Positions 34,415-48,800 of a stretch of DNA of 64,000 nucleotides are shown here, piece by piece. Each line of letters begins with the position of its first letter. The first letter of the stretch is position 1. The notes below the pieces were generated by a model. It saw nothing but the letters and a program-made list of their open reading frames with translations, did no database searches and was not told the DNA's origin. The stretch covers positions 22,022,954-22,086,953 of the forward strand of contig CP154954.1 in assembly GCA_039621445.1 (NCBI GenBank), read 5' to 3'. Origin of the DNA: Euglena gracilis (Eukaryota). A program made the translations under genes and the position numbers.

Positions 34415-37400
34415 ATGCAAAGCGCACATGCGCACACTGGAAACGCACCTATTAACTACGCTTTGTTAATAGGTTCGCTTCGTGGACTGCAGAATGCAGA
34501 CGAAGTCGCTACGGCGACAGGAAAATTTTCAGTACAAGGGGCGGATGCCCAAGTCGCTTTAGCGACAGAAAAATTTTATCCACCCGAAGACCCAACTACA
34601 ACTACAAGAACTACAACAAGCCGCTTCGGCGGTGCCCCCCCCCCCCCTCCAAGGGTCTTCGGACCCAAGCCGCTTCGGCGGTGCCCCCCCTCCCCTTCCA
34701 ATGGTCTTCGGACCCAACCCGCATTCGCGGACCCACCGTTAAAACAGCCGCATTTGCGGTACAACATAACCCTACAATGGGTCTACAGAACCCCTCCGCT
34801 TCTGCGGAGTCTGACTCACCAGTGGGCAGAATGCCCGAACGGGACTGGCAATAAGTGCCTTTTGGCACCCAATTGCCAACAGAGCCCCCCCCTTACGAGG
34901 ACGGGTTGGAAACACCTTGTTTTTTCAAACTCCCCCCAGCCCTACCACCGGTAAGCCCCATTCGGGACTTGCCCCCCCCTCCACAATTGGGAGAAATCCC
35001 AGAACTACCTTGGTCCGCTGAAATGCGGTTGGTGGTCCGAGACACTGCCGGTGTCATTGTTCCTATTGAAAATGACCCCGAGGAAGACCGGGATTCGTTC
35101 TCCAGTAATACCGTTGAGCGCGTAGTCGCAAATTTACCGGAGAACCACCCACTACAACAGCAATTTCGACACATCGAAGCATGTGTCCAAAATTGCGCTA
35201 AAACACTGAACCAAGTCCTACAATTTGATGAAGACAGTCACAAGGCCGTTTTCGGCAAGCTGGACTTCCTTTGGCAATATATCCAAGAATTTGGACAATT
35301 TTGCCAAAAGAATTTCAACTCCACTACAGTGGACCTCCAGAACCTCCACCAAGGTTTTGACGCATTTTTGCGCGACACCTTGGTGCACAACTTCCAATAG
35401 GTACAAGAGACCTTCCAAACCGCGGAATCGCGGAATAACGCAAAATTTTCACATTTACAACAAAATCTACAACAATTGTTCACACAACTGGAAAACATTT
35501 CTTATACAATGCAAGAAATGCAGTCCCGCCTACAACAACGGAATAAAGCGCCTACGGGTGCGGAACTTGGCTCATATGTCTCATATGAGCAATTCTCAAC
35601 TTTGTCCAATGTTGTACAACAGTCCCAAGAACGCATTTTGCGTTTGGGTGATGAAAACGCGAGTTTTCATCAAAATTTTGCACAAATACGCGAAAACTAT
35701 GTACAAAGAGCTTTTGCTCAACAACTGGAAGAGCGGATTGCTCGTTTGGAACAAACTTCCTGCAAATGCGGTGAAGTTTCCCACAACTTGACCACATTGC
35801 ACACTCAAGTGGCAGAAATCGCGCATCGGCAAGATTTCCTCCATGAAAAGTGGCAAAACGACATACAAAAACTTGAAACTGCTTCCAACGCCTTACAAAC
35901 CACTACAGCGGAACTCCAATCCCGCGATGCGGTGATTCTTAGCTTACAAACCGCGAACGCGGAACTCCAAGACCGAGAAACGGTCATAATTACCATCCAA
36001 ACCGCGAATGCAGACCTCCAAATTGCGTTTGCAGACCTGAAAACCGCTTTTGCGGAAGTTTCGGGACTACAAACTGCAATTGGGGACTTACAACGCCGCT
36101 TTGCGGAAACTTCCACAAAAAATCCCAGTATGGGAGCATTACGATCCACTATAACCGATTTGCACAATCAGTTACAAGCGGATGTGAACAAAATCGAATC
36201 CGTGTTTGCGGATTTGCACAAACGGTGCAACGGTATTCAAAACTCAATTCCGGATATCACCGGCATTGAAACCGCACTTGCGGTTTTGAATACCCAACAC
36301 AAAACCTTACAATCCACAACTTCCCATTTACAAAAACGCGTACAAACACTTTCTACAAGGGTCTCCGGACTCCAACCATCCTCGGATGGACAAACGGTTC
36401 GCGAAGTCGAACTACCCCTTGATTTTCGCACATTTTACGACCAAATGCTTGCGAAAAATCAGGAAAACTTACAAGAATTTTGTGAAACCTTGATGAGGAC
36501 CGAAAATTCGGTCAACCAACAAGTTCTCACACTAAAACAACAAATTTCGGTGTTGGAGAACCAACTTTCTACAATGATGGATGACAAAACCGCTGAAAAT
36601 GCGGTAGGGGTACCCCAACCCACGTTGGGTACCACAACCCCACAAACCGAGAATCGGTTGAACGCCCTTACAACCGCAATGGAAGCTTTGGTTAAGCGGG
36701 TCCAATTCTTGGACACCACTTTCCCAAAGCTTTCAGTGGATTTTGACTCCATTGTTGACAAACTACCACTTTTGGATGAGTTACCCTCACACCGCAAACG
36801 TATTAAGCGTTTGCAGGGTGATGTTGAACAAATTTTGGACCTTTTCCAAGTGGTTGGTTCATTGGAACAAAGTATCCAAGATTTTGCATTGAGTTTGGAT
36901 GAGATTCCTGCAAAATCCCGCAACCCCCCGCACTTTGCCCCTGAAAACCGTGTTTTCGGTGGTCAAAATGCAACTTCCAGCTCACAACGCGCTTTTCGCG
37001 CATCAACCGAAGCATCTTCGGATGCCCGACATCCAACTCGCGACTTTGTGCATCAAATTCGCGATTCGTTGGATGCCAATCCTTCCAAAAGCGCAGTATG
37101 TGCACCCTTACAAGCATCTTCCGATGCGCATGCCCTACAAGCATCCACGGATGCACATGATCATGAACATGCCTACAATCGCGATTACAATCGCCCGTTT
37201 ATACCACAACTTAAGGTTCCCCCCCCTAAGTGTGAATCTTCGGATGATGAACCGGTTTTTACCACAAAAACCGCGAATCATCCGGTTTTACAGCAAGAAA
37301 TTCGCGAAACGGGACTGATTCGCGGTATGAGCCATACCCCTACCCCCAATCAAAGACATTCACCGTGAGGATCTCGCGGACAACAAACTTATACTTGAAC

Positions 37401-40400
37401 AACGATGGAACTATGTTTCCAAACAAATGAAACTCTCACAACTTTTGGGACAGATACAATCGGCTTACACCCACCACCCTACCGCTGGTCTCCCTAGCGG
37501 TACGGTAAGTGCCCTACAAAAGACTTCTTCTGCAAAATCCCCACGGGGATACGGTAAACATACAAACTCCCCAAAGGGAGATACAAAAACGCGCTATCCG
37601 CGCTCATCTGACCAATCCTCTGACAAAACTTGCTTTTTGTGCAACAAATCGGGACATACGTCCCGTGACTGCCCCCACCCTGATACGCGAAAGCGGTATC
37701 AGAGTCCAAGGGGTTCACAATCCTCGCGGAGCTCGCGCTCCTCCGGATATTCGCACAAATCTGGACAATCACAATCGTCGGGTTATCGACAAAGGTCTCG
37801 ATCACCGTTCCGCGACCGCGGACGCGATCGCGCACCTCCCGGTCGATCACCCCGACCCCCTTAGAAACGTGATAGAAATCGCGACTCATGGCGATAACGT
37901 TCGCGAAGTGGATCATCTTCTTCGCGATCGTCATCCGGGAAACCGGATTACAACAAGAACCGTGGTCGAACGGGATTCCGTTCACCAAGACCTCCAAGAG
38001 GTGAAAGCCCATCACAAAACCGACAACAGTCACAAAACCGACAAAAGTGTTCCCTTTGTGGATCACATAACCACCATTCGTCCAAATGTTACCGTTCTCG
38101 CTCTCCCCGCCCGAACCAACGTCACCACAATGATACAAAACACAACAACAAACACAAGGTCGAGTTCAAAATCTCCTCTTTAGAGGAGGGAACCCCGGCT
38201 TCGGGCAGGGAGGGGGATGAGAACTCCGAATCCTCGTTGGAGGACGACCGCAATGCGGTCCGCGCGTTGCGCGCTATCTACTCACACAAGAAAACGATAA
38301 ACAGCCGAAGTGCTGAATCGGACTTGGAGTAGGGGAGCCCGAGGTCTGTGGGCACGGACCTCTGGGCTGATGAACAGACGGAAGTAGGACCTGATCAACC
38401 TTACTTTCCCTGCCCATCTGCCTTTTTGGTCGGTACCCGGAAAATGTTCGGGTCCCCCACCCCCCACTCCAAATTTCTGCCGGGAATGCTGCGCAAAGTT
38501 GGAAGGGGATCCTGGAATAGTTGGAGAGACAACAATTTCACACCGGATCCTGCACTTTGCGTACCCCCCATGGAACGTTTGGTCCAAGCGGAAATCCGAA
38601 CACAAAATTTTTCTACCAAATGCAAAATTTTGGTCGACACAGGGTGTCGAATTCCCCTTCTCTTTCGAACGGGATTAATTCCCAACTCCCTCTTGGTGAA
38701 AGCCAAGTACCCCATCAAAATTATGACTGCTGACAACAGCCCCATGTGTGGTGGTGACTTGGGATGCTTTTTGGACATACTCCTCCCCATCATCCCCAAG
38801 CACCACTCACAGCCCCCAGACGTACAAAATTTTCTGGGTACCTGGAGTTACGAATCGGGTATTCGCGGCTCTGACGTAATTTTGGGTTTTCCGTTCTTGC
38901 GTCAGAACCGCCTTATTGTGGATTGCCCCTCCCTCGGTTTGCGCACTACTTCACGCACACAACCCACACCACCGAATTTCTCCCCCAAGGCATCTTCCCA
39001 GATGTCCCCCCGCCTTGCCACAACGTTTTCTACAACCGAAAACACCGTTTCCTACCCTAGGGGTAAAGAGAAAGCTGCCCCCCTGCCCACTACACTTTTA
39101 CCGCACGTTTCCCATGCGGTAGGGAAAGCGAGTAGCTTAACCCCCCACGTTTCACTGGGTTCTAAGGCGAAAGCCCAAAGGCCTGAAAAACATTTCGGTG
39201 TCGAGTAGCCGCCCAGCTGCACAACTTTTACATTTTCCACCAGGTGTGTCGATTTGGGACACCCCTGTACACCCCCACCGCAGCTACAACTTTCAACACC
39301 CCCATACACACACTACACATGACCGACATGCACTACCAGACCGACACCTCCTACCAATGCGCACATTGCCGGAGAATTTCCACACAACCTGATTTCGACT
39401 GTGGATGTATTGTTGAACCTTCCAAACTAATCGCTTTACACAACAACCAGAGTACACTTGGTACCGGAACCGGTACCGAGTTTACCCTGACCGCTGAACG
39501 AGAACACAACACACCGGGTTGTTACCCGTTGTGTGTCGAAGTACATCGACAATTGGACAAACGCGGAATCGCGTCCCTGTTCGGAATCACGAGAATCGCG
39601 CAGCAGGACCTCCAATGGCAGAAAGCCAATCTCTCTGACCCCGAATGGCAGAATGCCAACCCCTCTAATGCCCCTGCATACAAGTGGCAGAATGCCAACG
39701 ACAATCGTCCTCTACACAATACACCTGATACACCTGGTATAATGCCTGATGAAGTGTCTTCGGACACAACGTATTACCGATGTGGCTGGGAAAACTGTGT
39801 TTCAGCCCTCCATAGGACTGAAACCGCAACAGTTTTCGCGAACCGCATCTGGAATGCGTTCAATTTTGGACAATACCGCATTTTGGAAACTTGGTTTTCC
39901 AAAATCGCACAAATCGCGAAATCGATGGACCTACAATTGGAGATTGACGCATTCTCGTCCAAAGCACGTTCTCGTTTATCCAATTACTGGTCAAGCCATA
40001 CAAATGCGTTTGATAAGTTTTGGGGTGATGTGGTCCTGTGGCTACATTTTCCTCTGAAACTTATCCCTCTTGTTGTTGACAAGATCCTTCGGGATCAAGC
40101 ACGCGGTGTGCTGCTCATTCCTATAAATCCCGAAGCGGAATGGTTCCAACAACTGACGTATGTCACTTTTCAGTGGTGGGATTTACCGAATGACACCCCT
40201 TTGTTTGAATATTTTTGCGGTGTCATGTTACCACCATTGAAAGAAATCATTTTTCGTGTTTGTTTCTTTGATGCATTCGGAACTGTTGACCACACTGACA
40301 AATTCCTACGGGATAAAGGTCAGAATGACCAAATATACCAACTATCCGCAGTGATAGAAACCGGTGGGCAACATCCCAAATCACAAGAACTATGTACAAA

Positions 40401-41108
40401 GATCAATCGCGAATTCAGTGATGTTTTAGAACATCCTATCTCTGCCCATGACATAGATCCTGCAATTCGCAGACCTTTTGGTGTCTGTAAAATCGAACTC
40501 AAAGAAGGTGCACAGCCCATGCACCGAAAATTATTTCGCTGTTCAGGCGAAAGGGAACAAGCTCTCAATACAATGATCGAAAAACTGATTGAACGAAAAT
40601 GGATCATACCCTCCAAAAGCGAGTGGACCTCACAAGCTTTTGTTGTACCCAAGCCTCCCGATGCTTCTGGAGAGAAGAAGTGGAGACTTCTGCTGGATTA
40701 CCGTTACTTGAACTCACAGACAAAAGACGATCCATTTCCGTTACCACTTATCGAGGACCTGATTACAAAACAAGCGGAAAACCGCCTTTGGTCGATTTTC
40801 GACTTAGAGGATGGTTTTCACCAGATGCACTTACACCCTGACTCACAACCATACACCGCAATTTTAACCTCCCGCGGAGTTTACAAATTTACGGTGTTAC
40901 CAATGGGTGTTAAGAATGGCCCAGCCAATGTATTTTACGAGACTTACCGTTTGCAATGGTAAACATTGATGACGTGCTGATTGGCACACCTCCTCCACTT
41001 ACAAATTCGGGTAGAGATATCCTTGATATTCACTACCGCGATATACGTTCCGTACTGACAACGTTTCACAAGCATTTGCTTCTCGTCAAAGGTGCGAAAA
41101 TGCATTTG
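34415..41108 (+). pseudogene. gag (34415-38332, capsid region deleted at ~37347) and truncated pol (38333-41108), copy 3
   Basis: ORF 39244-40962 carries the MTase-like domain and RT in one frame; internal deletions. Confidence 0.9.
39874..40275 (+). other. DIRS/Dam-like N6-adenine methyltransferase domain within pol (best-preserved copy)
   Basis: YRILETWF...LEIDAFSSKARSRLSNYWSS..NAFDKFWG..LWLH(P/F)PLKLIPLVVDKILRDQARGVLLIP....EWFQQL parallels the DIRS MT consensus IDLFAS..N..Y.S..DAF..W..YAFPP..LI..VL.KI.....LI.P.W....WF. Confidence 0.75.
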
Positions 41109-41539
41109 TGTGTACCAGGCAGCCATTCTGCCATGGCACTGTGTACCAGATACAATGGGATACGGCCTACAATCTGGCAACGGCCGGGCTGTACACAGTG
41201 GCATGGTTAAACCATAAGACAAAAAGAGAATCTCAGAGCTAGCGAAAGCTTAGCGAAAGTAACTGGTTCCTAATTCAAGGTTATTGGGTTTGGTGCTTTG
41301 CAATTCTGTTTTAGAATTCTGAGGGCGAAGTCCCATTTGAATACAAGTTTTATTTCTTTCTTTTACAAAGCTCGAAAGAGCAAAAGTCACTTTCATATAA
41401 GGACTGCGGTCCCACAAATTCTTCTGCTTGTGTGCTTTGCATTCAAAAGGGGAAAAGGGAAGCAAATTTTATTGTTACTCCCCCCACGGGCTTTTCGGGA
41501 GGAAAGCATAATTAGAAAAGCCGGGGTGGGACGTACACT
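41109..41539 (+). mobile_element. Gypsy LTR followed by TSD tcgag
   Basis: Same LTR sequence and junction as 32652-33083. Confidence 0.93.
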
Positions 41540-42222
41540 TCGAGACCCAGGTCCCGCCGTGTGAGTCCTGAACGATCCCGTACGGGCAGAGGGCATACCG
41601 TGGGGATTCTTCGCCGCGCGCAACTGCGCAAATGGACGAGATACTGGTTGGCCGGACCATGTGCGCAGTTCCCCGGCTGAGGACGAGCCACGGCAAGAAG
41701 TATGAGCTGTCCCGTGGCCGTTCAACGGCGGGTGGTGACAACCAACGCAAACATGGTAGCAGGGGAACCCGTCTAATGCCACACGAACCGGGAAATCAGA
41801 GCCTGACCCCACGGCGCCCGGAAGGCGGAGGCGGACGCGCCGAGTCTAGGGCGACTGAAACTCCTACACCGTTCCAAAAGCCTCAAGCCGATGCTAAGGG
41901 GGACGCTCCAAGGCGGCAGAGCCCGTGGAAGTCGACAACACGTAAACTGCCGGCAATAGCAAACCCGAGCTGCAGGGGTCGGCGGCCTGGTGACGCAGTA
42001 CTCGTGAGAAGCACTCAGCCAACTAGGGCCGTGTGAGGCATAACCCGAGCTGCAGGGTGACGCAAGAGGCTAGTGTAGTAAGGCTCTTGGGAGGGGAGTG
42101 TGTGCGGCAGACCGGAGATCCTACGGAGGTTGGTAGCCGGCGCGTAGTACCAAGCCGAGTATCGCTCGAGTAGCTTATTCGGTAAGGTGCTGGGCTCACA
42201 CGCCGGAGGTCGTGGGTTCGAG
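41540..42222 (+). mobile_element. Circularly permuted TRIM unit (LTR end 41753, PBS 41754, LTR start 42099)
   Basis: Near-identical to 33084-33761. Confidence 0.9.
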
Positions 42223-42653
42223 TGTGTACCAGGCAGCCATTCTGCCATGGCACTGTGTACCAGATACAATGGGATACGGCCTACAATCTGGCAACGGCCG
42301 GGCTGTACACAGTGGCATGGTTAAACCATAGACAAAGAGAGAATCTCAGAGCTAGCGAAAGCTTAGCGAAAGTAACTGGTTCCTAATTCAACGTTATTGG
42401 GTTTGGTGCTTTGCAATTCTGTTTTAGAATTCTGAGGGCGAAGTCCCATTTGAATACAAGTTTTATTTCTTTCTTTTACAAAGCTCGAAAGAGCAAAAGT
42501 CACTTTCATATAAGGGACTGCGGTCCCACAAATTCTTCTGCTTGTGTGCTTTGCATTCAAAAGGGGAAAAGGGAAGCAAATTTTATTGTTACTCCCCCCA
42601 CGGGCTTTTCGGGAGGAAAGCATAATTAGAAAAGCCGGGGTGGGACGTACACT
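42223..42653 (+). mobile_element. Gypsy LTR, followed by PBS
   Basis: Same LTR sequence. Confidence 0.93.
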
Positions 42654-42876
42654 TGGTAGCAGAATAGGTTTAACGGTCGAACGACCAAAGAAAAACTCAG
42701 AAAAAGGTGCGTACGCACGGGCGAGGTGTCTCAGTGGCACAAGTGGCTACGGCTGCATCACAAAGCCTCTGAGCCCCCGCCTTTGCTTACTTTTTTGGGT
42801 CTTTTCACACAAATTTTTACAATTTTTTTACAATTTTTACGATTTTCATAAAAAATTTCCCAATTTTTCAGCAGAA

Positions 42877-45800
42877 ATGCAAAGCGCACATGCGCACACT
42901 GGAAACGCACCCATTAACTATGCTTTGTTAATAGGTTCGCTTCGTGGACTGCATAATGCAGACGAAGTCGCTACGGCGACAGGAAAATTTTCCTTACAAG
43001 GGGCGGATGCCCAAGTCGCTTTAGCGACAGAAAATTTTTATCCACAAGGGGCGGATGCCCAAGCCGCTTCTGCGGTGGAAAAATTTTCCATACAAGGGGC
43101 GGACGCCCAAGCCGCTTCGGCGGTACCCCCCCCCCCCCACAACTGGGTTTTCGAACCCAAACTGCATTAGCGGTGCCCCCCCCTACAACAAGCCGCTTCG
43201 GTGGTGCCCCCTCCCCCTCCAAGGGTCTTCGGACCCAAGCTGCTTCGGCGGTGCCCCCCCCCCCCCTCCAAGGGTCTTCGGACCCAAGCCGCTTCGGCGG
43301 TGCCCCCCCTCCCCTTCCAATGGTCTTCGGACCCAACCCGCATTCGCGGACCCACCGTTATAACAGCCGCATTTGCGGTACAACATAACCCTACAATGGG
43401 TCTTCGGACCCCCTCCGCTTCTGCGGAGTCTGACTCACAAGTGGGCAGAATGCCCGAACGGGACTGGCAATTAGTGCCTTTTGGCACCCAATTGCCAACA
43501 GAGCCCCCCCCTTACGAGGACGGGTTGGAAACACCTTGTTTTTTCAAACCCCCCCCAGCCCTACCTCCGGTAAGCCCCATTCGGGACTTGCCCCCCCCTC
43601 CACAATTGGGAGAAATCCCAGAACTACCTTGGTCCGCTGAAATGCGGTTGGTGGTCCCAGACACTGCCGGTGTCATTGTTCCTATGGACAATGACCCCGA
43701 GGAAGACCGGGATTCGTTCTCCAGTAATACCGTTGAGCGCGTAGTCGCAATATCACCGGAGAACCACCCACTACAACAGCAATTTCGACACATCGAAGCA
43801 TGTGTCCAAAATTGCGCTAAAACACTGAACCAAGTCCTACAATTTGATGAAGACAGTCACAATGCCGTTTTCGGCAAGCTGGACTTCCTTTGGCAATATA
43901 TCCAAGAATTTGGACAATTTTGCCAAAAGAATTTCAACTCCACTACAATGGACCTCCAGAACCTCCACCAAGGTTTTGACGCATTTTTGCGCGACACCTT
44001 GGTGCACAACTTCCAACGGGCACAAGAGACCTTCCAAACCGCGGAATCGCGGAATAACGCAAAATTTTCACATTTACAACAAAATCTACAACAATTGTTC
44101 ACACAACTGGAAAACTTTTCTTATACAATGCAAGAAATGCAGTCCCGCCTACAACAACGGAATAAAGCGCCTACGGGTGCGGAACTTGGCTCATATGTCT
44201 CATATGAGCACTTCTCAACTTTGTCCAATGTTGTACAACAGTCCCAAGAACGCATTTTGTGTTTGGGTGATGAAAACGCGAGATTTCATCAAAATTGTGC
44301 ACAAATACGCGAAAACTATGTACAAAGAGCTTTTGCTCAACAACTGGAAGAGCGGATTGCTCGTTTGGAACAAACTTCCTGCAAATGCGGTGAAGTTTCC
44401 CACAATTTGACCACATTGCACACTCAGGTGGCGGAAATCGCGCATCGGCAAGATTTCCTCCATGAAAAGTGGCAAAACGACATACAAAAACTTGAAACTG
44501 CTTCCAACGCCTTACAAACCGCTACGGCGGAACTCCAATCCCGCGATGCGGTGATTCTTAGCTTACAAACCGCGAACGCGGAACTCCAAGACCGAGAAAC
44601 GGTCATAACTACCATCCAAACCGCGAATGCAGACCTCCAAATTGCGTTTGCAGACCTGAAAACCGCTTTTGCGGATGTTTCGGGACTACAAACTGCAATT
44701 GGGGACTTACAACGCCGCTTTGCGGAAACTTCCACAAAAAATCCCAGTATGGGAGCATTACGATCCACTGTAACCGATTTGCACAATCAGTTACAAGCGG
44801 ATGTGAACAAAATCGAATCCGCGTTTGCGGATTTGCACAAACGGTGCAACGGTATTCAAAACTCAATTCCGGATATCACCGGCATTGAAACCGCACTTGC
44901 GGTTTTGAATACCCAACACAAAACCTTACAATCCACCACTTCCCATTTACAAAAACGCATACAAACACTTTCTACAAGGGTCTCCGGACTCCAACCATCC
45001 TCGCCTGGACGAACGGTTCGCGAAGGCGAACTACCCCTTGATTTTCGCACATTTTACGACCAAATGCTTGCGAAAAATCAGGAAAACTTACAAGAATTTT
45101 GTGAAACCTTGATGAGGACCGAAAATTCGGTCACCCAACAAGTTCTCACACTAAAACAACAAATTTCGGTGTTGGAGAACCAACTTTCTACAATGATGGA
45201 TGACAAAACCGCTGAAAATGCAGTAGGGGTACCCCAACCCACGTTGGGTACCACAACCCCACAAACCGAGAATCGGTTGAACGCCCTTACAACCGCAATG
45301 GAAACTTTGGTTAAGCGGGTCCAATTCTTGGACACCACTTTCCCAAAGCTTTCAGTGGATTTTGACTCCATTGTTGACAAACTACCACTTTTGGATGAGT
45401 TACCCTCACACCGCAAACGTATTAAGCGTTTGCAGGGTGATGTTGAACGAATTTCGGACCTTTTACAAGTGGTTGGTTCATTGGAACAAAGTATCCAAAA
45501 TTTTGCATTGAGTTTGGATGAGATTCCTGCAAAATCCCGCAACCCCCCGCACTTTGCCCCTGAAAACCGTGTTTTCGGTGGTCAAAATGCAACTTCCAGC
45601 TCACAACGCGCTTTTCGCGCATCAACCGAAGCATCTTCGGATGCCCGACATCCAACTCGCGACTTTGTGCATCAAATTCGCGATTCGTTGGATGCCAATC
45701 CTTCCAAAAGCGCAGTATGCGCACCCTTACAAGCATCTGCCGATGCGCATGCCCTACAGGCATCCACGGATGCACATGATCATGAACATGCCTACAATCG

Positions 45801-48800
45801 CGATTACAATCGCCCGTTTATACCACAACTTAAGATTCCCCCCCCTAAGGGTGAATCTTCGGATGATGAACCGGTTTTTACCACAAAAACCGCGAATCAT
45901 CCGGTTTCACAACAAGAAATTCGCGAATCGGGACTGATTCATGGTATGAGCCATACCCCTACCCCGGGTATTGGCCATGGATCGCGAATGCGAAACACGG
46001 AATTTACCGCGGTTCCCCGATTTGCGGGTGAACAACGGGATTCCTACCCCCCTGGTATGTTGCCAGTCGCGGAATCGCGACCCTTTACAATCCGAATCGC
46101 GGAATCGCGAACCACAACCATACAATTCGCGGAATTGCGATGTACCAAATACCCATGGTACCTGCGGTACCATGAGAATCATTATGGATGCGCATTCGTG
46201 CATGCCACAACAACAACCTTACCCCAACAATTACGATGGAAATCGCGGTCTACAACGTGATTTCAAAGGTACAATCACAATTGCCAATAAGGTTAAGCCA
46301 CAATGGGACGGAGATCCCACAACTTGGAAACAATTTTGGCGCGACTGGACATACTACTGGGACTTGAAGGGTCCAACCCAAGACGGGAACCCTGAGGTAA
46401 TCAAGATGGAATTCATTGATTGTCTCCCCAAGGAAGAAAAAGATCGTGCCCGACAACTTGTGATCCGGAATCGGATTACTTTTGATGAACTGGTTGACCA
46501 ATATGCGTCAACTTGTTCAAGCCTAATTTCGCGAATTACGCTGGAGAAAAAATGGTGGCAATTCGCGCCCAGTGACCGAAAATGGAAGTCAATCGACCTT
46601 TGGTATTCCAAATGGTTGGGATTGGCTTCTGAGGTTGATGAACTGGGAGAGAACCAAATGAAAGAACAAATTGATGCGGTTCTCCTCCATTTCATTCCTA
46701 CAATTATCAAAGACATTCACCATGAGGAACTCTCCGACAACAAACTTACGCTTGAACAACGATGGAACTATGTTTCCAAACAAATGAAACTCTCACAACT
46801 TTTGGGACAGATACAATCGGCTTACACCCACCACCCTACCGCTGGTCTCCCTAGCGGTACGGTAAGTGCCCTACAAAAGACTTCTTCTCCAAAATCCCCA
46901 CGGGGATACGGTAAACATACAAACTCCCCAAAGGGAGATACAAAAACGCGCTATCCGCGCTCATCTGACCAATCGTCTGACAAAACTTGCTTTTTGTGCA
47001 ACAAATCGGGACATACGTCCCGTGACTGCCCCCACCCTGATACGCGAAAGCGGTATCAGAGTCCAAGGGGTTCACAATCCTCATGGAGCTCGCGCTCCTC
47101 CGGATATTCGCACAAATCTGGACAATCACAATCGTCGGGTTATCGACAAAGGTCTCGATCACCGTTCCGCGACCGCGGACGCGATCGCGCACCTCCGGGT
47201 CGATCACCCCGACCCCCTTACAAACGTGATACAAATCGCGACTCATCGCGATCACGTTCGCGAAGTGGATCATCTTCTTCGCGATCGTCATCCGGGAAAC
47301 CGGATTACAACAAGAACCGTGGTCGAACGGGATTCCGTTCACCAAGACCTCCAAGGGGTAAAAGGCCATCACAAAACCGACAACAGTCACAAAACCGACA
47401 AAAGTGTTCCCTTTGTGGATCACATAACCACCATTCGTCCAAATGTTACCGTTCTCGCTCTCCCCGCCCGAACCAACGTCACCACAATGATACAAAACAC
47501 AACAACAAACACAAGGTCGAGTTCAAAATCTCCTCTTTAGAGGAGGGAACCCCGGCTTCGGGCAGGGAGGGGGATGAGAACTCCGAATCCTCGTTGGAGG
47601 ACGACCGCAATGCGGTCCGCGCATTGCGCGCTATCTACTCACACAAGAAAACGATAAACAGCCGCAGTGCTGAATCGGACTTGGAGTAGGGGAGCCCGAG
47701 GTCTGTGGGCACGGACCTCTGGGCTGATGAACAGACGGAAGTAGGACCTGATCAACCTTACTTTCCCTGCCCATCTGCCTTTTTGGTCGGTACCCGGAAA
47801 ATTTTCGGGTCCCCCACCCCCCACTCCAAATTTCTGCCTGGAATGCTGCGCAAAGTTGGAAGGGGATCCTGGAATAGTTGGAGAGACAACAATTTCACAC
47901 CGGATCCTGCACTTTGCGTACCCCCCATGGAACGTTTGGTCCAAGCGGAAATCCGAACACAAAATTTTTCTACCAAATGCAAAATTTTGGTCCACACAGG
48001 GTGTCGAATTCCCCTTCTCTTTCGAACGGGATTAATTCCCAACTCCCTCTTGGTGAAAGCCAAGTACCCCATCAAAATTATGACTGCTGACAACAGCCCC
48101 ATGTGTGGTGGTGACTTGGGATGCTTTTTGGACATACTCCTCCCCATCATCCCCAAGCACCACTCACAGCCCCCACACATACAAAATGTTCTGGGTACCT
48201 GGAGTTACGAATCGGGTATTCGCGGCTCTGACGTAATTTTGGGTTTTCCGTTCTTGCGTCAGAACCGCCTTATTGTGGATTGCCCCTCCCTCGGTTTGCG
48301 CACTACTTCACGCACACAACCCACACCACCGAATTTCTCCCACCAAGGCATCTTCCCAGATGTCCCCCCGCCTTGCCACAACGTTTTCTACAACCGAAAA
48401 CACCGTTTCCTACCCTAGGGGTAAAGAGAAAGCTGCACCCCTGCCCACTACACTTTTACCGCACGTTTCCCATGCGGTAGGGAAAGCGAGTAGCCTAACC
48501 CCCCACGTTTCACTGGGTTCCAAGGCGAAAGCCCAAAGGCCTGAAGAAATTTCGGTGTCGAGTGGCCGCCCAGCTGCACAACTTTTACGTTTTCCACCAG
48601 GTGTGTCGATTTGGGACACCCCTGTACACCCCCACCGCAGCTACAACTTTCAACACCCCCATACACACACTACACATGACTGACATGCACTACCAGACCG
48701 ACACCTCCTACCAATGCGCACATTGCCGGAGAATTTCCACACAACCTGATTTCGACTGTGGTTGTACTGTTGAACCTTCCAAACTAATCGCTTTACACAA

